A stretch of DNA of 64,000 nucleotides, taken from NCBI GenBank assembly GCA_037128595.1, contig JBAXWB010000007.1:96588-160587 (forward strand), read 5' to 3'. Below are positions 48,947 to 57,531 of the stretch, in pieces (position 1 is the stretch's first letter; each line of letters starts with the position of its first letter). A program made the translations under genes and the position numbers. The notes beneath the pieces were generated by a model, which saw nothing but the letters and a program-made list of their open reading frames with translations, was not told the DNA's origin and did no database searches. This stretch comes from a bacterium. GTDB lineage: Bacteria > Verrucomicrobiota > Kiritimatiellia > CAIKKV01 > CAITUY01.

Positions 48947-48979
48947 CTAATGCTCAACAGCTTGAGCACAAGCAAATAG
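48947..48979. repeat. copy 2 of the 33-bp repeat; contains the perfect palindrome TGCTCAA-CAGC-TTGAGCA (48951-48968) and would encode MLNSLSTSK*
   Basis: Read directly; it recapitulates the first 9 codons of the LacI-HTH gene, then hits TAG. Confidence 0.7.
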
Positions 48980-48986
48980 CGAGGTA

Positions 48987-49616
48987 TCAAATCTTCGTGG
49001 ACACAGTGGACTTTGCTGACGGGGTTGACCAAGGACGTGGCGAACGTTTCTCGGAGCGGATCCGGTAGAGGCGTTCAGTGAAACCGCCTTCGGCCTCAAA
49101 AGCAGAGGCTTGAGATGCAATTTGGCGATCAAGCAAACTGCAGGCAACCGCCAGCAAAACCAGCGCCGCATTGGCCGCAAGTTCAGGATATGGGTTTTGT
49201 CCACTTGGTCCACCCAGTCCACTCCCCCGATTATCCCGCACCCAGACAGCCACATCATCCGCGGTCACGCAACGGCGATCAATCAGGTTTTGTCGGCGAG
49301 GATCCTCGCGCTTCCAGATCGGCATGCTTCTCTGGCGAAGGAAATCTTCGTAATCGAGGCGGAGTTCTTCCAAACTGGCACGGGCCACATTCGTAAGTTT
49401 CAGTTCGGTCTTTTTGGAAGTTCCCGAAGCCTGGCTCCCTTCGGCAATATTCTGGACCCCGGACCGCGCCGCCTGGACCATCTGGTCATGGGTACGACTT
49501 CGCCGGTCAATGAATCGGTCGCAAAAACGCACGGTGATATCGAAAGCCAATTGAGCGACCTGAAAGCTTTTGAGCTTCCGGTAGCCTCCATGCACAGGTA
49601 TGAGCGGCTCGGCCAT
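48987..49616 (-). CDS. four-helix-bundle protein (TIGR02436-like, 23S rRNA IVS protein family) with C-terminal extension
   Basis: GYRKLKSFQVAQLAFDITVRFCDRF ... AARSGVQNIAEG ... NVARASLEELRLDYEDFLRQ matches the family pattern (YRxL, NIAEG, SLxEL). Confidence 0.6.
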   Translation of the reverse strand: MAEPLIPVHGGYRKLKSFQVAQLAFDITVRFCDRFIDRRSRTHDQMVQAARSGVQNIAEGSQASGTSKKTELKLTNVARASLEELRLDYEDFLRQRSMPIWKREDPRRQNLIDRRCVTADDVAVWVRDNRGSGLGGPSGQNPYPELAANAALVLLAVACSLLDRQIASQASAFEAEGGFTERLYRIRSEKRSPRPWSTPSAKSTVSTKI

Positions 49617-49798
49617 TATTCATCAACTCCTGCTTATTAAGCAGGTAATATGACAGCACCAGCCGAGTTTCGTCTATCTGCGCCAGTAACGATTTTTCTA
49701 TCAGCGAATGTTGGAGCAGAGCGGTGTTGTTGCGGTATTGCAACTTACTCAGCTTCGTACTATTGTTTCAGAACATTACAGGGAGACAAACCTTCAGC

Positions 49799-50500
49799 AT
49801 GCCAGACAAACACACAGATATTCGCTACACGCCCCTTTACCGACTGCCCGAAGTAGCAATGTACACGCATGGCAACTTGAGCACGCTTCGCACATGGGTT
49901 ATGGGGCGTTCACACGCCACCAAAGATGGCCAAAAATACCAGCCAGTAATCAAGGTCGAACAACCTAACCGCGCGGATGCCTTAAGTTTTATCAACTTGA
50001 TCGAAAGTCACGTTCTGGTGGCATTGAGGAGGACTCATCAAGTTCCCCTGCCTAAAATCAGGGATGCCGTCCTTTGGCTCCAGCAGGAAACGGGTTCAGA
50101 ACATCCTCTGGCAGAACTCCAGATCGAGACAGACGGACTTAATGTTTTCTTTCGCCATTTAAATCAAATCATTAGTGCTTCCGAGAAAGGCCAAGTGGTA
50201 ATTCGGGATGTCATGGAGCGCTACCTGCGCCGGATCGAACGTGACGCCAAAGGCATTCCTATCAGTTTTTGCCCCTTCACCCTTTCGGATCCTTTGCGTG
50301 ATTCTCAAACCGATATCATCATGGATCCTGCCGTTGCATTCGGACGCCCAGTGATCCGGGGAACACGCATTGCAACCGCCACAATTTTGGAGCGCTATAA
50401 AGCGGGGGAAGGCCTGACTGACCTCTCAAAAGACTATGACTTGGAGATGAGACTCATTGAAGAAGCACTCCGCTGCGCAATCGACCAGCAAGCCGCCTGA
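49799..50500 (+). CDS. DUF433-domain (antitoxin-like) protein with long N-terminal extension
   Basis: C-terminal IIMDPAVAFGRPVIRGTRIATATILERYKAGEGLTDLSKDYDLEMRLIEEALR is the DUF433 fold. ATG 49799 with GGGAGA RBS preferred over GTG 49724. Confidence 0.6.
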   Translation: MPDKHTDIRYTPLYRLPEVAMYTHGNLSTLRTWVMGRSHATKDGQKYQPVIKVEQPNRADALSFINLIESHVLVALRRTHQVPLPKIRDAVLWLQQETGSEHPLAELQIETDGLNVFFRHLNQIISASEKGQVVIRDVMERYLRRIERDAKGIPISFCPFTLSDPLRDSQTDIIMDPAVAFGRPVIRGTRIATATILERYKAGEGLTDLSKDYDLEMRLIEEALRCAIDQQAA

Positions 50501-50888
50501 CGCTTTCCGACTGGTTCTTGACGAAACCTTGGCCGGAAAATCCATTCTGGAAGGACTGCAGCAACAAGGTATTCCTGCAATCCCCTTAACTGAATTCGTT
50601 CCCAGGGGAGCGACAGATGAAGCGGTGCTGGAAGCATTGGCGCAAAAGGGAGACCTGTACTTTATCACCCGCGACCATCATTTCCGGTATCATCCAGGGG
50701 TCAAAGAAAGACTTCTTGCAGGTGGAGTGGGTGCATTTGTCATCACATCAGCAGGGAATAAGACGGCCGCGCAAATAGTTGAGCTTTTGTTAGCAGCCTG
50801 GCCCCACATTAATAAATTTGTGAGTACCCACCAACGGCCCTTTGCAGCCAAGGTAGCCGCATCCGGGAAAATCGAGTTACACTCGTAA
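50457..50888 (+). CDS. DUF5615-family (Mut7-C / PIN-like) putative toxin; start uncertain (TTG)
   Basis: FRLVLDETLAGKS ... GDLYFITRDHHFRY resembles the DUF5615 N-terminal LxDENL and D-rich core; partners with the DUF433 protein. Confidence 0.5.
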   Translation: MKKHSAAQSTSKPPDAFRLVLDETLAGKSILEGLQQQGIPAIPLTEFVPRGATDEAVLEALAQKGDLYFITRDHHFRYHPGVKERLLAGGVGAFVITSAGNKTAAQIVELLLAAWPHINKFVSTHQRPFAAKVAASGKIELHS

Positions 50889-50945
50889 CAGTCCCGTTAC
50901 GCATTGCAGAATGTCGCTTCCACCAGGTTGAGATAATCTAGTCCG

Positions 50946-52058
50946 CTAAATTCCGCGTTTGTCTTCAATTAACTTGAAGTAATTCATCAGCGCCTTCGGC
51001 CGGTATTTCGGATCGCCATCCCACCGCGACAAGACACTGGCATGCAAAGACTGGGTTGGATCAATTGAGGGGGCCGTTTTACGCGATTCGGCAGGGCCTG
51101 AAGGCTGGCCGATGGCACGATCTATACCGAAGGTGGGCCAATAGACGCCGGTTTTGGAGTTATGCAGTTTGGCGAGAGGATCAGGATGGATCAAATGGGT
51201 TTGAATTACACCTTCATCAAAGACCAATCCGGCTCCGCGTGCCTTCTCAATCATCCATCCCAGGGCAATATCCGAATGTCCACATTCCGAGGCCGGATAC
51301 CCGCCGCCGATATCACTATGCGCACCACAAAACCAGACTTGTTCAACTGTCTGCCCCGGTTTCGGCACATAGTCCCATATTGACGGGGCGAATGGGGCGC
51401 GATGCTCATCAATGGCTAGGGCGTGGTAAGCAGATTCAACCGTCTTACTTAATTCCGTGTCGTGGAACTGAAAATCATGCCGGGTAAGATACCGCAATCC
51501 CCGTAACGGTATACCAAGCGCACCCACCGTATCCCAAACCCCAATAAACTTAATGGGAATATTTTCGGCACCACAAATGGAAAAGTCCGTCCTGAATTTA
51601 AGCGGCTGCTCATCGTCGGGATGGACGTCCATCTTCCTGTACAAATCAATTGCGTCCCGGTAATGCTGAACAAATTCACGCTTGAGAATGCCACATTTGC
51701 GAATCATCCCGGCAATACTGCGAGCGGTAAAGGCCCCGCGACTAAACCCAAACAGAAAAATCTCATCCCCAGGCTCATAATTGGCCACCAGAAACCGATA
51801 GGCATCATGAATATTGGCCTCCAACCCTTCGCCAAAAGCCCCACCTGTCGCCCTATCGACCGAATTCCCCGTCCCAACCCCCTGATCGTAATAGATGATC
51901 TGAGGAATATCGCCATCCCGCTTGGCCACTCGATAGGCAATTTTTACGACATTAGAGGGGCAAGGAACGCCATTATCATCTTCCTGGTCGGGCTTATTCC
52001 AGGTGCCGTCACAACAAAGAATGAGTCTTTTCACTTTTACCCCATAATTCTGATTCAC
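50946..52058 (-). CDS. DUF2235 alpha/beta-hydrolase (T6SS Tle1-type phospholipase fold), last gene of the four-gene system
   Basis: LILCCDGTWN N-terminal block and GFSRGA nucleophile elbow (GxSxG) are hallmarks of DUF2235/Tle1; GTG start, 22 nt after the ATPase gene. Confidence 0.7.
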   Translation of the reverse strand: MNQNYGVKVKRLILCCDGTWNKPDQEDDNGVPCPSNVVKIAYRVAKRDGDIPQIIYYDQGVGTGNSVDRATGGAFGEGLEANIHDAYRFLVANYEPGDEIFLFGFSRGAFTARSIAGMIRKCGILKREFVQHYRDAIDLYRKMDVHPDDEQPLKFRTDFSICGAENIPIKFIGVWDTVGALGIPLRGLRYLTRHDFQFHDTELSKTVESAYHALAIDEHRAPFAPSIWDYVPKPGQTVEQVWFCGAHSDIGGGYPASECGHSDIALGWMIEKARGAGLVFDEGVIQTHLIHPDPLAKLHNSKTGVYWPTFGIDRAIGQPSGPAESRKTAPSIDPTQSLHASVLSRWDGDPKYRPKALMNYFKLIEDKRGI

Positions 52059-52080
52059 TGCCTACATGCCCTTGCACCCC

Positions 52081-53802
52081 CTAGAAACGACGGCCGAATA
52101 GTCCGCCATCTTCCTTTGCATCGGTCAGGACGACAGGTAAAACATGTTCTCGTAGGTCAAACCCATCCGTCTTCTCTTTGTAAGCATCATCTTCGTTCAT
52201 TGTGACAATATATTGGAATCTAAGCTCCCGAGCAGTTTCCGCCCCCACCTTCAACGCACTGACAACTTGTCGTCCATCCACCCCATCAAAAAGGTGGCTG
52301 TCATGCACCAAAAAACCGGGGCCAATCCCACGCTTCGCACAAAGGCGCATAAGCATCATATCAAAACAGAATATCTGCATGTTCTTTATACCCCTACTAC
52401 GCGCGCCCTGCATGGGAAATTGAAAAACGGGCCCGTTGGAGGTTTCCTCGATAGTCATACTGCCGGCTGACTCATAAAGGCGTTTTGACGTCTCTTCGAA
52501 AGCGAGAATTGCCTCTGCCAAACGACCCTTTTGTTCTGAAAAATCCCGACGCAGGCGTATTGCTAGGTGATTTCGTTCAATTTCAAGCTCGTTTTTGGTG
52601 CCTTCCAACTGCTCGGCAGACTCAAAGCGTTGGCGTAACGATGCCACCTCCGATTCAAGACGGCCTGCTTCACCTTGCAGTTTTGCAAACTGCTCCAAAG
52701 CCCCGTGACTATCCAACACGCTCATAACTTCGGCTCGACGCTGATCGAGGCGTCGCTTCTCCACGCCTCGGGAGGCCATTCGCTCTTTGGCTGCGCCTAA
52801 TTCCCCTGATAGGTAATCGCGTCGGTTACGGATTATCGACTCATGGAAACATCGTACTTCCTCGTAGCGTTTGACAGTTAGTCCCGGCAAGGCGACCCCC
52901 GCTTCAGCATAAATACTTTCAATCTCGATCTGTGATGGCGGCGCCTCTCCTTTCATAGCACTCTCAAGGTCATGGATTGCCGCAGTGTCTATGATGTTGA
53001 CGTTGGATATGGTCTTAATTTGTTTCGTAATCTGATCCGCTTCTGCTTCAAGTAGTTCATATTGTGGCAACACGCGAAAGGCAGTAATTTGAGACTGCAA
53101 ATCGATCAGTCGAGATTCAGCAACTGTCAGTTGCGTTCGAAGGTCGGCAGCCTTGCCAATGATGCTCCCGAAGGCGCCAGCTCCGGCGGCCTTCTTAAGT
53201 GCGGCAAGCGTTTTTTCTCGGTCGCGCACTTTCTGCCAGTCGCTCGCGATTTTCCAATCTAGACCAAGCAAAAACAACAGAGCCACCTGATAGTCTCCGG
53301 CCTGTTGCATGGCAGCCTGCTTCTCAGGTGTCATGAATGCCCCGCTATGTTGACGCCGGACGAAGTATGCAAAAAGTGATCTAAAGGTTGGGACGCGTCC
53401 CTCCATTTCGGATATAGCCTTCAATCCGAACATCTTTTCCCCAAGCGCCTGAACCCACTCAGAATTGGACAGGCTTGTTTTCCCATTTAGAAAAGCACCG
53501 CCCTCAACAAAAATTTTTGATTTCTCCTTTCCACAGCGCTTCACCGCTGCTCGATCTACACCAAGATCGAGATCAATGCCGAACATTTCACCGGCAACCG
53601 CTTCCCCTCGGAAAAGTGAATCTTTCCCAGCCTCAGAACCCGTGAGAAAATGAATAATCTCAATCAAGCTTGTTTTACCTGCCCGGTTCCGGGTTTGCTT
53701 TTCGGTTGCACCCGACTCCTTCTGAGCAATCAAGACATTTAGTCCATGGGTGAATTCAAGATTCTTAAAAGTTGTGAGGCTGCTAGAAATGCTATGAATC
53801 AT
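52081..53802 (-). CDS. ABC/SMC-like ATPase with central coiled-coil insertion (ABC-three-component-type ATPase candidate)
   Basis: Walker A NRAGKTSLIEIIHFLTG near the N-terminus; about 250 aa of heptad-rich coiled coil (LEAEADQITKQIK...LESEVASLRQRFESAEQLEGTKNELEIERNHL); C-terminal Walker-B/D-loop-like GFLVHDSHLFDGVD. ATGA overlap with the upstream 81-aa gene. Confidence 0.6.
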   Translation of the reverse strand: MIHSISSSLTTFKNLEFTHGLNVLIAQKESGATEKQTRNRAGKTSLIEIIHFLTGSEAGKDSLFRGEAVAGEMFGIDLDLGVDRAAVKRCGKEKSKIFVEGGAFLNGKTSLSNSEWVQALGEKMFGLKAISEMEGRVPTFRSLFAYFVRRQHSGAFMTPEKQAAMQQAGDYQVALLFLLGLDWKIASDWQKVRDREKTLAALKKAAGAGAFGSIIGKAADLRTQLTVAESRLIDLQSQITAFRVLPQYELLEAEADQITKQIKTISNVNIIDTAAIHDLESAMKGEAPPSQIEIESIYAEAGVALPGLTVKRYEEVRCFHESIIRNRRDYLSGELGAAKERMASRGVEKRRLDQRRAEVMSVLDSHGALEQFAKLQGEAGRLESEVASLRQRFESAEQLEGTKNELEIERNHLAIRLRRDFSEQKGRLAEAILAFEETSKRLYESAGSMTIEETSNGPVFQFPMQGARSRGIKNMQIFCFDMMLMRLCAKRGIGPGFLVHDSHLFDGVDGRQVVSALKVGAETARELRFQYIVTMNEDDAYKEKTDGFDLREHVLPVVLTDAKEDGGLFGRRF

Positions 53803-54044
53803 GGTGTTCTCCGGGATAAAAGCCCATTTTGAAGGTCAATTGCACCAATGAGAAAAAGAAGGTCAAGAGCAAGAACAAAGCTGTCATAGCGCAAGGGTGG
53901 CACAATATTCCGCCCGATGTCCCTTCGCGGCAATTCTTCCCATAATGCGGACATCGTTTTCGGCTGTGGCAAGTGATGCAAGATCCGAGCCCCTATCGAG
54001 AGAAGCGCGCGGTCTTGAGAAAGATGTTTCGATGGCAGGATCAT
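53799..54044 (-). CDS. small alpha-helical protein (81 aa); candidate middle component
   Basis: ATGA overlaps on both sides (coupled to the 301-aa gene and to the ATPase). No motif recognised; size, position and predicted helicity fit ABC-3C middle components. Confidence 0.45.
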   Translation of the reverse strand: MILPSKHLSQDRALLSIGARILHHLPQPKTMSALWEELPRRDIGRNIVPPLRYDSFVLALDLLFLIGAIDLQNGLLSRRTP

Positions 54045-54946
54045 AACTCAAGAGTTTTAGGTTCTTCAAAAATATCACACCTCTCAAAATAATAAGCAAT
54101 CACCGTCAAGACTGCCAGTTCATGCTCTGGCGTGCCGCGGTGGCCACCTCCAGCCCATGATTGTAGCTCAAAAAAAACCTCATTTGGGCTAAATTTAGTC
54201 CGGAGTTCTTGATATTTGGCCTTGAATGATTCAGCGATGCGCTCCCCTAACGTTTCGTCATGCCACTTGCTGAAGAAAGTTTCGACTAACAATGCCTTGG
54301 TGATACCAACCTTCAATAAATCGGTGACGCTTATAGACAATGCATTAGCTTCGATCTTCCCCATGGGCACTTCCCTCACCGCAAGTGCTGTCAGCACTGG
54401 TCGTTTTGCGATGGTTTCTAACACAACTTGTAAATCTTTAAAACCCAAATGAGTCTTGGTCTCTTCTGAAGGAACAGGTCCAAACCAAGACTGGAGGTCG
54501 TCGTGTGACAATCTACGAAATACGAGGCGAAATTCCTCTAAACCCCATGTTTCCAGCGTAATACCTGAATTGGCTACTTCAAAGTCGAGCACAAACTTTT
54601 GAACATGCGGAGGAATTCCCCCAGTTGCGTTGTGCGCGAAAACCCATTTATCAAAATGTTTACCCCAGTAGGCTTTGGCCCCCTCAAAATCCTCGGTAAT
54701 TTTCGAAATTGCCTTGGATGCCTCCATCTCGTTTGGCGCATATACTTGAAATAATCTTCTTTCTGATTTCAGAAAACCATCGTTCTTACGGTCTCCCTGA
54801 TTCCCCCATGGCCGACAAGCCATAAAATCAGCCTTGTAAGCCAAGCCCATCAATCTTTCGAAAAGTGACTGAAATTCGTTACCCTTCGCCCGGAGAAAGG
54901 CAATCTCGAAACCTTGCTCATAAAATGCTTTTTGTAGGCGGTCCAT
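54041..54946 (-). CDS. hypothetical 301-aa protein; candidate effector/C-terminal-domain component (possible degenerate Mrr-like nuclease N-domain)
   Basis: Starts 3 nt after the hsdMS stop. N-terminal FMACRPWGNQGDRKNDGFLKSERRLFQVYAP loosely resembles Mrr-cat (GDxGxDG...QxK); the C-terminal half is helical. Confidence 0.45.
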   Translation of the reverse strand: MDRLQKAFYEQGFEIAFLRAKGNEFQSLFERLMGLAYKADFMACRPWGNQGDRKNDGFLKSERRLFQVYAPNEMEASKAISKITEDFEGAKAYWGKHFDKWVFAHNATGGIPPHVQKFVLDFEVANSGITLETWGLEEFRLVFRRLSHDDLQSWFGPVPSEETKTHLGFKDLQVVLETIAKRPVLTALAVREVPMGKIEANALSISVTDLLKVGITKALLVETFFSKWHDETLGERIAESFKAKYQELRTKFSPNEVFFELQSWAGGGHRGTPEHELAVLTVIAYYFERCDIFEEPKTLEL

Positions 54947-54949
54947 GTT

Positions 54950-57481
54950 TTAACCCTCCGTGTTTGCTATTTCTTCTCCCCACACCCGCCCCAACGTCGT
55001 CTGGATCTTCTTCTCAAATCGGACGATCAGTTCGCGGTTCGCCGCTACCAGCGCTTGCTCGGCTTCGATCTCCGCAATGATCGCTTTCTGCGTGGCGAGG
55101 GGCGGGAGGGGAATTTGAACGGAAGACAGAATGCCTTGGTTTAAGTTCTTCATTGTGACGCCAATGGCTTGTTCTTCGAGATATGCCCTAACCTTTTGAG
55201 ATGCAATTTGGAAGAAAGCGAATCGAGGGAGGCACTTGCTTTTTAAACGAATGACAAAACTCCCAGTACCGCAAAGCCAGCCAGCCATGTCCGCAGAGAC
55301 CACTGCACACCTTCCCATTTCACCTCGCCTACCGATAACAATGTCATTCCCCTGGACAGTGAATTCTTTTAGGCGGTCTCTGGTGGCAGCGGACACCATC
55401 TTTACACCATCAGTGCTTATAGCTCCATCGACTATGTTTTGCGGATTGATGACAGGTATTCCATCCGCGACGTAATCACTTTGGTGTAGAGCAGTTCCGA
55501 ATGGACCGGTCATTATGGCCTCACACACCTCCCCCAACTCCACCATCGGCCACCCGGGGTCAATAGTGATGTGGGGGCAGTAGTTATCGAGGACGGCGCG
55601 GGCACCATCGATGACTTTCTGGTAACCCTCGATCTCTGTCACGATCTCCTTCTGTATCTCTAATGGCGGAAGGGGGATTTGAATCGACCTCAAGATCGGC
55701 ATATTTAAACCGCTTCGTTCATTGTCTCCCGTTAATGCCCGAATTTCTGCATACATCGAGCGAAGCACCCAAAAGACAAACTCTACGACTGCTCGGGGTG
55801 GTTGCGCCGGGGTAATAGCAACGAGAGATTGGTTACAAGTAGCACCTTCCATACGCAGCAATGCAACTGTCCCGCGCGTTTTCCCCTGCCCATTAAGCGC
55901 GATTAAAACACTGTCCTTTGGTAAGATTCGGGCATTCGAGTTCTCCACTGCCTTCCGGGTAATGCGCTTCTCGCAATCCCAAATCTCAAACCCATGAATA
56001 TCACCCGATACCAACCATGGAACGGACCCATTCTCGTAATATTCCGCGAGGGTTGAGGTTGGTGTTCCCCCAGTCATAAAAGTGCATATTTCTCCAAGTG
56101 AAACGGTTGGCCATTTTCCCTGAAGCATCCGTGTTTGCTCGCTATACCGCTCTCCACTGAGGTTGTAGTCGCCATTGGCGCCTATCTTTTCTTTTGGAAC
56201 GATGAGTCCCGTGGTGATGGCTATGCTCTCGACTCGCTGCTTGGCTCGGATTGCTTGAAGGTAGGACTCCAATTCACCCTGCACTTGCGGAAGGTCATTT
56301 TTATTGAAGGCGCGGCGCTGAGCCCCGAGGCCGAAACCGTCGTTTTCAACTTTGAAAAAGGCGATGGTCTGGCATTGCCGGGCCAGGGATTTGTCGAGAA
56401 TGAGAATACTGGTCTTCACTCCTGAGTAGGGATTGAAACAGCCCGCTGGCAGGGAGATGACGGCGACCAGGCTGGTATCCACCAGCATCTTGCGTAGTTC
56501 TTTGTAGGCGGTCTGGCTCTGGAAGATGATTCCCTCTGGCACAATGATGGCGGCGCGGCCGGTAGGCGTAAGATGCTCGGCCATGTAATCCACAAACAGG
56601 ACTTCACTGCGCTTGGCCTGGATGGAGAAGCGCTTATGGGGCTTGATCCCGCCTTTGGGTGACATGAAGGGCGGGTTGGCCAGAATGACATCGGAAAAAT
56701 CGTTCCAGCGCTCTTCGGAGGTAAGGGTGTCGTATTCGTAAATGTGGGGATCGGTAAAGCCATGAAGATAAAGGTTCACCAGGGAGAGGCGTACCATGTC
56801 GGGCGAGATGTCATAGCCCTTGAAATTCTTGGCGAGGCGCCCTTTGTCGTCAGGCGTCAATTTGCTGTGGCCCTTGGCGTCGGTGTTGTTGCGAAGAATA
56901 TGCTTATAGGCAGAGATGAGGAAACCGGCGGTACCGCAGGCGGGATCAAGGATGCTCTCGCTTTTCTTCGGCGCGAGCACCTCTACCATGAAGTCGATGA
57001 TATGGCGTGGAGTCCGGAACTGCCCAGCATCGCCCTGACTGCCCAACACGGAAAGCAGATACTCAAAGGCGTCGCCCAGCTTTTCGCTATGGTCATAGCT
57101 GAACTCGTTAACGATCTTGAGGAAAGACTTGAGCGTCTCGGGGTCACGGTACGGGAGATAGGCGTTTTTGAAGATATCGCGAAAGAGCGGCGGGATGCCG
57201 GGATTCTCCGGCATCCTGGAAATGCCTTCACCGTAGAGGCCAAGCATCTCGTGCCCACCAAGTGAGGGCGCCATGAGTTTGGCCCAGCCGTAGCGGGCGA
57301 ACTCCTTGGTGAAAAACTTGCGCTTTCCCCCAAGCTCCTCGGATTCGGCATCCATGTCATCCATGAATTTATAGATCAGCGCAATGGTGATCTGCTCAAC
57401 CTGGGATTTGGGATCAGGCACTTTGCCAACAAGAATGTCACGAGCGGAGTCGATGCGGCGTTTGGTGTCAGTATCTAGCAT
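54950..57481 (-). CDS. hsdM: type I restriction-modification methyltransferase and specificity subunits fused in one ORF (HsdM-HsdS)
   Basis: N-terminal HsdM N-domain; QFRTPRHIIDFMVEVL; DPACGTAGFLISAY (motif I); ILANPPF (motif IV); IVPKEKIGANGDYNLSGERY HsdM C-terminus. This continues without a stop into two TRDs (KWPTVSLGEICTFMTGGTPTST and GWPMVELGEVCEAIMTGPFGT) with the conserved LPPLEIQKEIV and LPPLATQKAIIAEIE HsdS coiled-coil repeats. Start at ATG 57481 (MLDTDTKRRID). Confidence 0.8.
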   Translation of the reverse strand: MLDTDTKRRIDSARDILVGKVPDPKSQVEQITIALIYKFMDDMDAESEELGGKRKFFTKEFARYGWAKLMAPSLGGHEMLGLYGEGISRMPENPGIPPLFRDIFKNAYLPYRDPETLKSFLKIVNEFSYDHSEKLGDAFEYLLSVLGSQGDAGQFRTPRHIIDFMVEVLAPKKSESILDPACGTAGFLISAYKHILRNNTDAKGHSKLTPDDKGRLAKNFKGYDISPDMVRLSLVNLYLHGFTDPHIYEYDTLTSEERWNDFSDVILANPPFMSPKGGIKPHKRFSIQAKRSEVLFVDYMAEHLTPTGRAAIIVPEGIIFQSQTAYKELRKMLVDTSLVAVISLPAGCFNPYSGVKTSILILDKSLARQCQTIAFFKVENDGFGLGAQRRAFNKNDLPQVQGELESYLQAIRAKQRVESIAITTGLIVPKEKIGANGDYNLSGERYSEQTRMLQGKWPTVSLGEICTFMTGGTPTSTLAEYYENGSVPWLVSGDIHGFEIWDCEKRITRKAVENSNARILPKDSVLIALNGQGKTRGTVALLRMEGATCNQSLVAITPAQPPRAVVEFVFWVLRSMYAEIRALTGDNERSGLNMPILRSIQIPLPPLEIQKEIVTEIEGYQKVIDGARAVLDNYCPHITIDPGWPMVELGEVCEAIMTGPFGTALHQSDYVADGIPVINPQNIVDGAISTDGVKMVSAATRDRLKEFTVQGNDIVIGRRGEMGRCAVVSADMAGWLCGTGSFVIRLKSKCLPRFAFFQIASQKVRAYLEEQAIGVTMKNLNQGILSSVQIPLPPLATQKAIIAEIEAEQALVAANRELIVRFEKKIQTTLGRVWGEEIANTEG

Positions 57482-57484
57482 TTT

Positions 57485-57511
57485 GGATTTCTGATTGAGG
57501 ATTTCTGATTG
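57485..57511. repeat. tandem GGATTTCTGATTG x2 between the four-helix-bundle gene and hsdM
   Basis: Inverted relative to 57902-57928 ((T/C)AATCAGAAATCC, CATTCAGAAATCA); together they bracket the four-helix-bundle gene. Confidence 0.7.
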
Positions 57512-57531
57512 TATGGCACGTATTGTGAAAA

